DNA from: Octopus vulgaris
Taxonomy: Eukaryota
Reading direction: 5' to 3'
Assembly: GCA_951406725.2 (NCBI GenBank)
Contig: OX597821.1
Span: 93,992,001 to 94,056,000 of the forward strand
DNA: 64,000 nucleotides
In this document: positions 37,888 to 51,617 of the stretch, one piece after another
Layout of the letters: each line of letters opens with the position of its first letter
Numbering within the stretch: the stretch's first letter is position 1
The notes under the pieces: model-generated
Databases searched by the model: none
Told to the model about the DNA's origin: nothing
Seen by the model: the letters and a program-made list of their open reading frames with translations, nothing else
Made by a program: the position numbers and the translations under genes

Positions 37888-39202
37888 GTATTTCATGGCA
37901 CTAATACAGTTTACTTGGTTATTTTTGTTTAGCTACACACCTGTTCTGATTCAGCCAGCATAAGGTTAAACAGTGTTTTCTCCCGTTTTAAATGACATCC
38001 AGTGTGTTGTTACTATTTTAGGATGGTTGGGTTTAGATGTAAGGGAGATTTGGCTGTTGTTTCTAACAGGTCATGTGGCCATGCAGATGTTTCTTGCCTT
38101 AATTAATTGAATTGACCAACTGCCTTGATAGTTATGGAGAGTCAGTTATTTTTGACTAGATTCAGCATACTCCATACCTTCCAAGCTAGAGGATAACAAT
38201 GAACTTATTGTATACAATGCTCAGGTGCACTATCAATAATAATGCAAAGTTCCTGGTTTTGGCTAAAAGAAAATACAGGGGAATCAGTTGTTATTTTATT
38301 CAATATTATTCCCATCTCAGATTCACACACTTGTTGCAGCACCCCCTCATCATCATCATCATCATTTAGCATCCGCTTTCCATGCTAGCATGGGTTGGAC
38401 GGTTCAACTGGGGTCTGGGAGGCCAGAAGGCTGCACCAGGCCCAGTCTGATCTGGCAATGTTTCTACGGTTGGATGCCCTTTCTAACGCCAACCACTCCG
38501 TGAGTGTAGTGGGTGCTTTTTACGTGCCACCAACACAGGAGCCAGACGAGGCTGGCGAACGGCCACGGTCGGATGGTGCTTTTTACGTGCCATCAGCACA
38601 GAAGGAACAGCTGCTCTAGTTTGGGTACTAACCAATTCTCTGAAAAATAAGCCGGATGTATTCTGGCCCTATATTTTCTGTTATGATCAACACACTGAAC
38701 CCTCAAAAGTCTGGTTTAATTTTTGCTGTAAAGTAAAACAATTGAGAAGATAATGTATATCGGAGTACAGACTTATGAGTAGTCACAAATTTGTATTAGA
38801 TTAGAATTTCCTCTCTTTGTCTTTTTCTCTCTCTCCCTCCCACCCCATACCTATCATGTTCACCCTACAAACATCAATTTGTATACCTTCAGGTTGAACA
38901 ACAATCACAGCAATCTTCACCAGCCTTGTAAGAGTCCAGGGCATCGTTCTTCTCCTTGTACTGAATGATAGCAAAGTGAATATCCTTAGGCCATCATGTT
39001 TTATTTTTCTGTGGAGTATACTGTTCCAGAATTTGTGTGATAGGAAGTTTATGGAAGGAGATTTACAGAAGGAGTTATATAGATGTCTGGATAGTCTCTA
39101 TTTGCTTACCTAGAGAATAAAGACCAAGTGTCCTTTGGAAAAGAAAGAATATTACAAACTAGATTATCTGTTCCCCACCAACCTGTTACACAGTGTCTTG
39201 TG

Positions 39203-39520
39203 AGGGCACATGGCTTAGTGGTTAGGGCATTCAGTTCATGATCGTAAGGTTGCGAGTTCGATTCCTGGTGACGCGTTGTGTCCTTGAGCAAGACACTTTA
39301 TTTCACGTCGCTCCAGTCCACTCAGCTGGCAAAAATGAGTTGTACTTGTATTTCAAAGGGTCAGCCTTGTCACTCTCTGTGTCACGCTGATTATCCCCGA
39401 GAACTACGTTAAGGGTACACGTGTCTGTGGAATGCTCAGCCATTTGCACGTTAATTTCACGAGCAAGCTGTTCCGTTGATCATATCAGCTGGGACCCTCG
39501 TCGTCGTAACCGGCAGAGTC
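39203..39520 (+). mobile_element. tRNA-derived SINE family B
   Basis: TGGCTTAGTGG A box, GAGTTCGATTCC B box, TCCTTGAGCAAGACAC core. Related copies at ~1880-2190(-), 48500-48802(-), 58900-59200(-). Confidence 0.8.
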
Positions 39521-40039
39521 TTTTTTTTTACACAGTGTCTTAAAAAGATAACTCTAAAAAGTGTCATCAATGAAATGATGGAAATGAGCTGTGTAGAAAG
39601 ATGGTGATGGAGCTAGTGAAGGAATGAATTAAACTTCTAAAAGTTATTTGTTTGTATTTATTTGTTTAACGCTGAGTCAACCATGATCCAACAGAATTTT
39701 GGTCAAAGGCACTCAAGCAGTGATACTCTCATCCTTTTGTTTTCAGACATGGTATCTAGAATTATATAATCCCTTACTGTTTTTAGATGGCAGGGTGTCA
39801 TTTGAGGAAGATTTGGTTGCTATTTCCTGTGAGTGAAACAGCTCTGTACAGACTCCTTCATGTAAACATATGGTAACATCGTCATAGGAAAAAAATATTG
39901 TTGATAATGGTGTGACACTCTTAAGGGTTGGTGATATTCTGCTGTAGATGGTTGTTAAGGGTTTATTGAATAGTTAATTCTCTCCTGTGATGAGCATTTG
40001 AGTTTATCTATAACTTACCTGTTCAAAATTGTTTCTCAG

Positions 40040-40136
40040 GTGACCGTACACCTCCACCAGGGGCTTCGGAAGGAAGTCGTCTTCGCTGGCGGAAGGACCA
40101 ATTCCAATGGAAACAGCCCCATGAGCACTATGAAAG
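40040..40136 (+). CDS. DOCK7: DOCK7-like exon (phase 1 to 2)
   Basis: tttctcag|GT...AG|gtatgt. Encodes DRTPPPGASEGSRLRWRKDQFQWKQPHEHYE with the conserved LRWRKD motif; phases join both neighbours. Confidence 0.92.
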
Positions 40137-40426
40137 GTATGTACTGCATCCCGGTGAAATCTAAACCTTATTATGTTTTGTAGGGTTTTGTTGTTGTTTT
40201 TTTTATATTTTATGTCACTGGCTTCTCTTCAAAACATTGAATGTGAAACTAATGAAGGTTACTCAATATTTCATAACAATCAGAAATGTTGATTTAAGAC
40301 ATAATAACATTTTAATGAAATTTTGTTGTTTAACATTTACACAAATGACTGACCAAAAGATGGTTATACACAACGTTTTATCTGTGCTGATGATTTATAC
40401 TTGGTGTGCCAAGCAATAATTGTGTC

Positions 40427-40850
40427 CAGCGCTGGGTTAACCATTAAGCAAAATAAGCACGTGCTTAGGACATCAAAGGAAGGAGAGGGCACCACAGAAA
40501 TGGTAAATAATTTACAACACAAAAGAAATCACTTTAAACTTGCTAAAATAATATTCAAGATGTGTTTATCTACTAAGTATAGATGCAGATGTGTTACCTA
40601 AGATTAATTTTGAGGATCTGATCAAAGACTTTGCAATTCAAAAATAGAGGAGGAAACTTTTCAAATATAAACAAAATATAATTATACAAAAATAAACATT
40701 ATTTTCCCTCTTACTGTTTTGTTTCGTTTTGAAAAATGAAAATTTATTTTATGGTTTGTTATTGTTTATATTTTGAATTACATAATCTTTTATGGGGGAA
40801 CCAAAATCTTTTAAGTGCTTAGGGCCTCGATGGGTCTTAATCGAGCCCTG
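40427..40850. mobile_element. hAT-like MITE
   Basis: CAGCGCTGGGTTAA...TTAATCGAGCCCTG imperfect terminal inverted repeats; degenerate 8-bp flanks attgtgtc/actatgtt. Confidence 0.45.
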
Positions 40851-41008
40851 ACTATGTTTGTCGTGTATACGTAAAATGTTGTTGAGCCATAATGTCATGA
40901 CATAAGTACATACATACAGAAAATTGTTATTATAAGAAGGATAATAATAATAATCATTTTGAATTTAAATAATTTTTTTTAGATTACAACAAAAATCATT
41001 AATAAATA

Positions 41009-41393
41009 GGCACAGGAGTGGCTGTGTGGTAAGTAGCTTGCTTACCAACCACATGGTTCCGGGTTCAGTCCCACTGCGTGGCACTTTGGGCAAGTGTCTT
41101 CTACTATAGCCTCGGGCCGACCAAAGCCTTGTGAGTGGATTTGGTAGACGGAAACTGAAAGAAGCCCATCGTATATATGTATATGTATGTTTGTGTGTCT
41201 GTGTTTGTCCCCCTAGCATTGCTTGACAACCGATGCTGGTGTGTTTACGTCCCCGTCACTTAGCGGTTCGGCAAAAGAGACTGATAGAATAAGTACTGGG
41301 CTTACAAAGAATAAGTCCCGGGGTCGATTTGCTCGACTAAAGGTGGTGCTCCAGCATGGCCGCAGCCAAATGACTGAAACGAGTAAAAGAGTA
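41009..41393 (+). mobile_element. SINE family A
   Basis: GGCACAGGAGTGGCTGTGTGGTAAG...GGTTCAGTCCC head. Partial or diverged copies at ~27840-28005(-), 42050-42457(-), 50322-50560(-), 51425-51550(+). Confidence 0.85.
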
Positions 41394-42676
41394 ATATTTA
41401 TTTCCGATTTGTCTGTGTATTTTTGTCCCCTAAAACCACACATAACTTTATGTGTGATTGCAAATTCAATCAATTAGTTTTATTGTAGTTACTTGTTTAC
41501 CTGACAACAAAACAATTCAAACATTTTCAGTGTCGGAGTTTTTGAATTGAAAAGTTGACAGTTCTCATCCTGTTAGCAGTACAGCTATGTGTTTGTGACC
41601 AAGGTACTTGTCACTCCACAGCCTTGTCCGCACTCTTGTACATGGGTATATTATAACTACATATTTATCACTACTGAAATGAATGGAAACACTCTATATT
41701 CAATGTGTTTCATTAGTTTGCTGTACAAGTTCAGGTCCACCTAGGCTTGAGGCAGTCAACAGGAAACCCTCTTCTAGTAGAGCCATAAAATCAATACCTT
41801 GTGATATTAACCTGTGTCATTTTACATTTTAAGTTCAAATCCTACCAGGCTTGAATTTTTGTTTTTATTCTTCCCATGTGACTTGATTGTTTTTTTTAAC
41901 TGATTCACAACCAGTTGTGATTTAGTACATTAGTTGTACTGCTCTGTAACTCTTTCCAAATGATTCACAACTAGCATGATAAGTCTTGTATGGGTTAATT
42001 GAAAGTTAAAGTTAATCCTAGTGAGACTTGAACTCCAGCTGTTATTATCTGTTATCTTTTGCTTATTTCACTCATTCGATTTTGCCTTTGCTGGAGCACA
42101 GACATGAAGGGTTTAGTCGAACAAATCAACCTCAGTACTTATTTTCTTAAGTCTGAAATGTATTGATTTCTTTTGCTGAACTGCTAAGTTGTCAGGACAT
42201 AAACAAACCAACACCAGTTGCCAGGTAGTAGGATGGGGGACAAACGCAATCACAAAAACACACATACAACCACGCACACACACACACACACACACATACA
42301 TATATATACGACAGGCATCCACACAGTTTCTGTCTACCAAATTTGCTCACAAGGAATTGATCAGACTAGGGATGCAGTAGATGGTGCTGCACAGTGGACA
42401 GAACTTAAAACCACATTGTTGCAAAGCAAGCTTCTCAACCACATTGCCATACCTGTACCATTTTTCTTCAGAGCAGGTACATCCATTCCACCCATATTCA
42501 CTTTGAAAACCAAAATAAAAGGCTTTCAGACAATACTGATTGTCTTTAAGAAAAGAGGAAACAGCTGATTAATATTTTTGTTGTATAACGTTATGAAATA
42601 TGATGTTGCTCTTAAGTGATGGTCATCATTATTAAACATTTCATCTCTTTTTCTTCCATTTCATCTCTCTAACCAG

Positions 42677-42779
42677 TCAAAAGTTCAGCCGTGATGTGGA
42701 AGTCGATGCCCATGTAGAAGGCAACCTTGCTTCAGAAGTCAGCATGGTAGCGCTTGATACTTTGGAACTCATTGTACAG
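42677..42779 (+). CDS. DOCK7: DOCK7-like exon (phase 2 to 0)
   Basis: ctaaccag|T...CAG|gtttgt. Encodes QKFSRDVEVDAHVEGNLASEVSMVALDTLELIVQ (cf. [21 protein letters not shown]). Confidence 0.93.
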
Positions 42780-44234
42780 GTTTGTTACCTTTTTCTAAGT
42801 TCTTGTCTATCATCATCATCATCATCATTTAGCGTCCGCTTTCCATGCTAGCATGGGTTGGACGGTTCCACTGGGGTCTGGGAAGCCAGAAGGCTGCACC
42901 AGGCCCAGTCTGATCTGGCAATGTTTCTACGGCTTGATGCCCTTCCTAACGCCAACCACTCCGTGAGTGTAGTGGGTGCTTTTTACGTGCCACCCGCACA
43001 GGTGCCAGACAGGGCTGGCAAACGGCCACGGTCGGATGGTGGTTTTTACAATCCACCGGCACGGGGGCCAGGCGACGCTGGCAACGGCCACGGTCGGATG
43101 GTGCTTTTTACGTGCCAAATTTTGTTTTTGGCCATCCCTATGTGTGTTCCTCATACATGATGTGTAATGTACAGTATGAAGTACCTTGGAGCAAGAGATA
43201 AGTTCTCTGTGATCCAAGTCTATAATCACAGTTTCAGTTCCTAGTTGAAGTCGAGTTAACTTCATTTCTTTTTTTCTATTTGTAAGAAACGTTTAAATAC
43301 CAGGACCTTTTTATACTAGTGAGAGACTGAAGTAGTCATAGTCAGTTATTTAGCCTGCTATATAATATTGGCGTTGGACCTATTCAAAAACATTTTGTGT
43401 GTGTGTGCATATCTATGTATATACATATACACCCCTTCTTTTTGACTTACGACCTATGTGACACTCAACCGTCTGCAACCACAAAAAATAAGGAAATGAA
43501 AAAATTAGTAAATAAAAAATCAATTTTCAGATGTTAGGCAGCTGCATCTGATAACTATGGCAGCATCTGGCAACATAAGCCTCTCTCAGACCCAGGCATC
43601 CACTGTCTGCCACTGTCTCTTACTCAGTCACTTTCAAGCATCAGTTGCATTCAAATGAAAATCATGTTGAAAATATAAATCCAACATAATGACCAGATCG
43701 ACTTACGACCTGTCAGTTGGACTAGAACTTGGTCATAAGTTAAGGTCATAAGTTAGTAAGAGACTAAAACTTTGATTTATTAAAAATTAAATGAAGATAT
43801 GCAGTGGAAAATGAGTAGAACTTTCGACAGTTATGATGACATCTCCAGATATGTTTTGGATAATTTAAACCACCTTAGTAAAACAAAAGTTGTACACTCT
43901 AATTTCATGTTAAGGCCTGGTAGTTTTGTGTTGAGCTATGTTTTTCTGATGAGTAAAAGATAGTGCTGAGGAAGTCTTTTAAGACCAGTATATGTTCTGA
44001 GTTGTCAAACTCATTCCTTACTACATATTGCACTTATATATGTGTATATCACATGGGAAATAGTCAGGGGATAGGTTGGTGTAATCGGTTAGCACACTTA
44101 CTGCAAATATAAGAGGTGTGGATTCAATTCTCACACATACTAATGCTCACTTTTTCCATTGTAGGCTTATATGCCCCAATATTAAACTAGTTTCCTTAGT
44201 CAATACTCAGTGAATGCTTATAAGCTTAAAACTT

Positions 44235-44365
44235 ATCATTATTATCATCATCATTATAATTATTATCATTATTATTATTATTATTATTGTTATTATTATT
44301 ATTATTAGTAGTAGTAGTAGTAGTAGTAGCAGTAGCAGCAGCAGCAGCAGCAATAGTAGTAGTAG
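44235..44365. repeat. compound trinucleotide microsatellite (CAT/TAT/TAG/CAG)
   Basis: Read directly; (TAT)n tracts also at 12655-12697 and 15045-15101. Confidence 0.9.
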
Positions 44366-44720
44366 GTGGCAAAATGCTTAGCTGTATTTCACCTGCTGCT
44401 ATGTTCCGAGTTCAAATTCCGCTGAGGTTGACTTTGCCTTTCATCCTTTTGGGGGTCAATAAATTAAGTACCAATGAAACACTGGGATTGATGTAATCAA
44501 CTGGCCCCCTTCCCCCAAATTTCAGACTTTGTGCCTATTGTAGAAACGGTTGTTGTTATTGTTGTTGTTGTTGCTGTTGCTGCCACTGCTGCTGTTGTTG
44601 TTGTTTATTTTTAACACAATTTTCACTAGTCATCATTTCTTCATTTAATGCAGAATATATAATTAAATATTTTCTATTTTCATACATATATTACACTTAA
44701 CAGTTTCTTTATTGTTTTTC

Positions 44721-44771
<51 letters not shown>

Positions 44772-44819
44772 TACACATATGTATATGTGAGCTCTTGTTT
44801 TATATATTTACATTACCAG

Positions 44820-44951
44820 ATTGCACAATCATCAATGGAGATGCCTACCCTGGGTTACGCGTTGCGGGTTTTGTTACACAGTCTTGGCTTAAATCAAAGC
44901 ACTGCGGTATTGCAACACATGTTAGCAACACAGAGATCACTAGTCAGCAAG
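44820..44951 (+). CDS. DOCK7: DOCK7-like exon
   Basis: ttaccag|ATT...AAG|gttagt. Encodes IAQSSMEMPTLGYALRVLLHSLGLNQSTAVLQHMLATQRSLVSK. Confidence 0.95.
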
Positions 44952-46065
44952 GTTAGTTTTACATATTTTCCACATTTTCCTTATTCTTTAATTCTTCTTC
45001 TGGTATCAATCATTCGACTGCAGCCATCCCATGGCACTGCCTTCAAGACTTTTAGTCAATTGTATTATTTCAGTATATGTTTGAGTCAGTTATTCATTCT
45101 GTTAATCATTATGATTTTCTTCCCAAAGTGCTTTCAGTTTGACAATGGTTTATGCTGGCACAAGTATGGGTATGAATACACATTCATCTGTATATCTGTG
45201 TGTATGTGTATGTGTGCCAATAAGGTGACGCAGGTAACGATCACGCTCGAACATTTAAACAAACATATGTATATATCCATAGAAATTGCAAAAATATCTC
45301 TTACTAACCATGAGCTTAAAAGATTTAAGGAATACTTGTGTACTCGTATCAATGAACAGACATTACAAAAGTAAATCCAAAGACCTAGTGTTCAGTACCA
45401 GTAATAGATTGATTTGATTGTCTGACCATCTGTGAGATTGCCTCTTCAGTAAAATTGATAGCATATCAGACAAAAAAAAAAAATACTTTGTAATATTTGG
45501 TTCTGCCGAGGGCAGCAAGCTGACTGAACCATTAGCACACCGGGGGAAAATACCTAGTGGCATTTTATTCATCTTTATGTTCAAATGTTCAAATTCCGCC
45601 AAGGTTGACTTTGCCTTTCGTCCTTTCAAGGGACAATAAAATAAGTACCAGTTGAGGACTGAGGTCAGTTTAATTGACTTACCCCTTCCCAGAATTACTG
45701 GCCTTGTGCCAAAATTTGAAACCAATATGTGGTTCTCATCATTATCATCATCATCATCATCGTTTAACGTCCGTTTTCCGCGCTGATGATGATGATGATG
45801 ATGATGAAAACTACATATTGGTTTCCTTTCCCCACTTCTGAGATTTATAAGATAAGTACCAGGCAAGGTACTGGGCCAGGGGTCCACTATAGTCTCTAAA
45901 AGTGGCATCCCAGTATGGCCATAGTTCAGTGACTGAAACTTGTAAAATAAGTAAAATGTACCAGATGTGCTTTTTGTTACTTAATGTTTTAAATATGTTG
46001 ATGTGCGATTGGCTTTATACCATCTCTCCGAAACTGACCCCTATCACCCTGTTGTTGTTTTACAG

Positions 46066-46218
46066 TTCCCTGAACTTCTGTTCCAAGAAGAAACAGAACA
46101 ATGTGCCGATCTCTGCCTACGTCTACTACGTCATTGTAGTTCCTGTATTAGCAACACACGGTCACATGCGGCAGCATCCCTCTATCTACTTATGAAACAG
46201 AACTTTGAGATGGGCAAT
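46066..46218 (+). CDS. DOCK7: DOCK7-like exon
   Basis: ttttacag|TTC...AAT|gtaagt. Encodes [51 protein letters not shown], near-identical to DOCK6/7. Confidence 0.97.
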
Positions 46219-46317
46219 GTAAGTGAGACATCGTGACTTAACAGTCATTTGTGTGTGTTTTTCTGCTTGTTAAAATATCTATGAGTATTTGTATCTATAC
46301 ATATATATATTTCTGTG

Positions 46318-46825
46318 GAGCGCAATGGCACAGTGGTTAGGGCAGCGGACTCGCGGTCGTAGGATCGCGGTTTCGATTCCCAGACCGGGCATTGTGAGTG
46401 TTTATTGAGCGAAAACACCTAAAGCTCCACGAGGCTCTGGCAGGGTCGTGGTGGTGAACCCTGCTGTACTCTTTCACCACAACTTTCTCTCACTCTTTCT
46501 TCCTGTTTCTGTTGTACCTGTATTTGAAAGGGCCAGCCTTGTCACACTCTGTGTCATGCTGAATCTCCTCGAGAACTATGTTAAGGGTACACGTGTCTGT
46601 GGAGTGCTCAGCCACTTGCACGTTAATAAATGAGCTGCGATGTCAATGGTGCCAAGCTGTATCACCCTTTGCCTTTCCCTTGGATAACATCAGTGGCATG
46701 GGGAGGGGGGGCTGGTATGCGTGGGCGACTGCTGGTCTTCCATAAACAACCTTGCCCAGATTTGTACCTCGGAGCGTAGCTTTCTAGGTGCAAATCCATG
46801 GCGACTCATGACCGAAGGAGGTTAC
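46318..46825 (+). mobile_element. SINE related to family B with an alternative 3' tail
   Basis: tRNA head GGAGCGCAATGGCACAGTGG...GGTTTCGATTCCC. Middle shared with family B; 3' part shared in reverse complement with 11440-11625 and 58484-58700. Confidence 0.65.
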
Positions 46826-47329
46826 AATATATATTTCTGTATTTGTATTTGTGTGCATGTGTGTTTTTGTAGAAATATTTTGTATTATTTATTCTAATGA
46901 AGAAGGAGAGATAAATGTAATTTGATGTTCAGTTTCAACTTCTATATGTTGGTACCTGTGAGGAAATATAGGTGAAATGGAACTTCCAGTGGTCTGCACT
47001 TCTGAAGAGGTATTATTGAGTAGAGTGTATAGAAAAATATGTGTTATGTGTGTGTGTGTGCATTTGTAACTGCAGCACTTCCCAGGTGTAAGAGCAGTAC
47101 ATTAGTGTGAGTCTTATTTGATCTTTGTAGATAGTCAGCAACTCATCTGTATTTTGTGGCTCTAGCAAGGCAGGTTAACTTTTGTAATGCACATTTGCAA
47201 ATGTTATACATGTGAGTTGCAATGAGACACCATCTATAATTGTGAGCCCTATGACTTTTACATATGTATTGTTCAAGGCTAGAGACTTGATACAATACTG
47301 TTTCCATATATATATATATATACATGCAT

Positions 47330-47545
47330 TCAAAATGTGACTGCGTGTGTACTGTTGCGATTTTTTTTCCTCTGTCTTCCCTTCTCTGGATCTTTCCTTC
47401 TCCTATGTTTCCGACGAAAAGCTCCGCTCGAAACGTTAAACCCTCCTTCTTCCCTTCCTTCCTTTACATCCAATAATACTATATTTGTTCCACGTCCTCG
47501 CATTGTTGTGTTTTCTCTTTGTGTTTTCATGTTTGGATTAACTAT
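47330..47545 (+). mobile_element. Penelope-like relic with degenerate hammerhead (47407-47441)
   Basis: GTTT-CCGACGA-AAAGC-TCC-GCTC-GAAACGTT-AAAC lying between (TA)n tracts. Confidence 0.5.
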
Positions 47546-47592
47546 ATATATATATACACATACATATATATATATACACATACATATATATA

Positions 47593-47638
<46 letters not shown>

Positions 47639-48899
47639 TCATCATTTAGTGTTTGTTTTCCATGTTGGCATGGATTAGCTGGTTTGACTGAAGCGGGTAA
47701 GCTGTAGGGCTACACCAGGTTCCAATCTGATATTTGGCATGGTTTCTGTAGCTGGATGCCCTTCCTAATGCCAACCACTCTAAGAGTGTAATGGGTGCTC
47801 TTTACATGCTACCAGCATGAGTGCCAGTTACATGACATCAGCATCAGCCATGACTACAATTTCACTTGGCTTGATGGGTCCTCTCAGGCACTGCATATCG
47901 CCAAAGGTCTCGATCACTTATCATTGCCCCATGGAGCCTAATGTTCAAAAGGTGCTTTTTACATCTCATCATCATCATCATCAGTTTTCCACACTGGCAT
48001 GGGTTGGACGTTTTGACTAGAGTTGGTGATCGGGCGAGCTGCACCAGGTTCCAGTCTGATTTGGCTTGGTTTCTATGGCTAGATGCCCTTCCTAATGCCA
48101 ACCACTTTACAATGTTTGCTGAGTGCTTTTAATGTAGCATTGGCACAAGTGCTTTTTAAGTGGCACCAGTACAGGACTCTTGCAGGCCAATCCTCTTCAC
48201 CAGGGTGTGTCTTTCTATTGTTCAAAGAGACTAAGTTGTCATATCCTAATTAAAGGATATTTTGTAGTCCTCTCTCAAACATATATGGCATGTCAACATC
48301 CTTCCTCTGTTAAGCTTTTCAGTGGTCAGCTTGGAATCTATATTTCATGAATAATAAAACTACTGAATTATATACAGACTAATTAAGGATTATTGCTCCC
48401 TTGAGCTAATTTCAGAGTTGCAGTTTACCAAGTTGATAGCATGATTGTGTTTAGCTCACTGTTTAATGCTCCTCAAGACATTGAATTGGCACTTCATTGG
48501 TTACGATAATGAGGGTTCCAGTTGATCTGATTCAGCAGAACAGCCTCTTCTGGAGATTAACGTGCAAGTGGCTGAACACTCCACAGACGTACACACCCTT
48601 AACATAGTTCTCAGGGAGATTCAGCATGACACAGAGTGTGACAAGGCCAGCCCTTTGAAATACGGATACTCCTCATTTTTGCCAGCTGAGTGAACTAGAG
48701 CAACGTGAAATAAAGTGTCTTGCTCAAGGACACAACACACAATCAGGAATTGAACTCCCACTTTACAATTGTGGGTCAAATATCCTAATCACTAAGCCAT
48801 GCTTGAGACATTATACATGTTATTACTAACATGAATCAATATCATCACTACACTATTATAATCACCTTCATTTTTTTAATGTTTTATATTATAACATTA

Positions 48900-49330
48900 C
48901 CCAGGTGACCTAATTAGCTGTTGGAGTGGCTGTTCTGAAAGTATGGTTGACAGAGTAAGAACAGGATGGGAAAAGTTTAGGGAGTTATTACCTTTGCTGG
49001 TAGTGAAAGAATTTCATTTCTGAATGAAGAGCATATTGTATGATGATTGTAAGTAGTGAGATGTTGCAGGGAAGTGAAATATGGTGATTGGACGTTGAGG
49101 ATGGGAAAAGTTAGTTAAAGAAATGAAAAAAAGCTTGCTCACTGGATGTGTAATGACAGAGTGCAAATGAGCTGAAAGAAAAACTGGGCACAGAAAGAAT
49201 TAGATGTTATGTACATGAGAGGAGACTGTGCCAGTATGGTGTATAGAAGATAACAATTGTGTAATGAAGTACCAAGTGGAAAAAAAACTTGGAGAAGAGG
49301 AACAACTTGGAAGAAATGGTGAGATGCTGT
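48900..49330 (+). mobile_element. degraded LINE fragment
   Basis: Interrupted RVRTGWEKFRELLPLL and later GSEIW-like motifs. Confidence 0.4.
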
Positions 49331-49479
49331 ACACATGGAAACCCATCCAATCACAGTAAAACAGGCATAAAGCAATGAATGAATGGTGATGCCAGTTTAT
49401 TTATATGTATATTTATTTTATGTCATTTACGTGTTCTTCATATTATTTTTTTCATACTTTATCCTGTTTTTGCTTCTAG

Positions 49480-49638
49480 AATTTCGCACGTGTAAAAATG
49501 CAGGTGACAATGTCACTGAGTTCGTTAGTTGGACAAAACCAAAAATTTAATGAAGAATATTTACGAAAATCTCTAAAGACAATTTTGACATATGCAGAAG
49601 CTGATGTTGAGTTAGTAAACACCACATTTCCTGCACAG
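49480..49638 (+). CDS. DOCK7: DOCK7-like exon
   Basis: gcttctag|AAT...CAG|gtatat. Encodes [53 protein letters not shown]. Confidence 0.97.
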
Positions 49639-50868
49639 GTATATTTTGTTGTTCTCATTTGATCTCATTCCATGTCATGCAGTTTGGTAAACTGGTGGCA
49701 AGAACTGATGTTCCTCTTCACTTTGTTGTTGTTAGTATGTACCAAGTTGTGCATTTTGATGATGAAAATTTCATCATTGTAATCCTTGTCCTCCACCTCC
49801 TCCTTATCATCATCATCATCATCATCATTATGTAATTGTCATTATTGTTGACATTGTTATCATCACCATCATTATCCTCATCATCATCATAATTTTCATT
49901 ACCATCATCAGTGTCATTGCTGTTTCATCACCATCATCAAGATTGTCATCCAGAGCACCAGTTGACTCTGCTTTTCTAAGTGTGTTAATGCATATGTAAG
50001 GAATTTCTCGCTACACTGTTTGAGAGTTTGGCTGGCTTTTCTATGTGTGTTCATCAACAGATACCAGAGCTACAGAAATTCAGTTTCTAGCAGCATTGGT
50101 GGTGAGATGGTGACACTCTCTCCAACCTCTGTCATCATTCAGCTTCTGTGAACAAGAGGACAAGATGAAGCATGGATTCTAGCAGTACAAAGATTCATAC
50201 TACTACTATAAAATATCTGACCTCAAAGTAGTTTTATGTCTGTCATTATCTGAACTAGCGGCTATTAATTATTTTATAAAGTGGACACACTATTACATTA
50301 GAAGCAGTGTCTATCCTATTTATACTCTCTTTTTTTTACTCTTTTACTTGTTTCAGTCATTTGACTGCGGCCATGCTGGAGCACTGCCTTTAGTCGAGCA
50401 AATCAACCCCCGGGACTTATTCTTTGTAAGCCCAGTACTTATTCTATCGGTCCCTTTTGCCGAACCGCTAAGTGACGGGGACGTAAACACACCAGCATCG
50501 GTTGTCAAGCAATGATAGGGGGACAAACACAGACACACAAACACACACACACATACATGGATATACAGTTTCAAACTTATGCATGATGAGATTATACATC
50601 TTTATTAAAACAGCAGAACCAAGGAAACATCCGCAAAATGTTTTAAAGATAATCTCCTTTGCTCCTTTTAAAAGTAATGTGCATTAACACTAATAGTTTT
50701 TTTTTTTTTTGTTTTTTTTCTGCTGGGATGGTTTGGTTTTGGTTATAATTACATTTGGATTATAAATTATTTCTGGTACACTGCATTAACTTTAATAGCC
50801 TGTACTTACCAAATGCGTATGTGTGTATAATTATATATATCTATAGATGCTGCTGAAATATCTTGTAG

Positions 50869-51045
50869 GTACGTGACTTGGTATTCAATTTACACATGAT
50901 CCTGTCTGACACCGTGAAAATGAAGGAGTTCAATGAGGACCCAGAAATGTTAATAGATCTAATGTACCGTATAGCAAAGGGCTATCAGACATCGCCTGAC
51001 CTACGGCTCACCTGGTTACAAACTATGGGATGCAAACACAGTGAG
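50869..51045 (+). CDS. DOCK7: DOCK7-like exon, start of DHR-2 GEF domain
   Basis: cttgtag|GTA...GAG|gtaggt. Encodes [59 protein letters not shown]. Confidence 0.97.
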
Positions 51046-51574
51046 GTAGGTACACTCATATTTTTACTTGTATTACTCTATCTATGTCTTCTCACCTTCG
51101 ATCAAAAGTGCAATAGCTGTGAGTTGTTGTTTAGCCCTCTTCCAGCAGACCTGTTATGATAACATATCTTTATTGTTTGACCATCAACTTCTTATCATTA
51201 TGTGAGTTGTGTCCTTCACATTTTTCACTTACGCTTTTGACAAGTAGCCTTTGGCCGCTATCATCTGCTGCTGTTTGGAAAGGAATGGTGAGCATTGGAA
51301 AGGAATGGTGAGTGATGAAATGTTAAATAACAATGAAATGCCTCACTTTGATATTCAACCCAAATGGATGTAAAGGTCCTTGTGGGCTTAATTTCACAGC
51401 AAAAATAGTGTGTGTCTATATATAATGGCTGTGTGGTTAGGAGCTTGCTTCTCTCAGTCCACTCTGGCACTTTGGGTAGGTGTCTTTCACTATAGCCCAG
51501 CTGACCGGAGCTTTGTGATTGAATTCGTAGGTGGAAGTTACTGCCGTGTGTGTATATATCTCCGAAAGAGAGAG

Positions 51575-51609
<35 letters not shown>

Positions 51610-51617
<8 letters not shown>

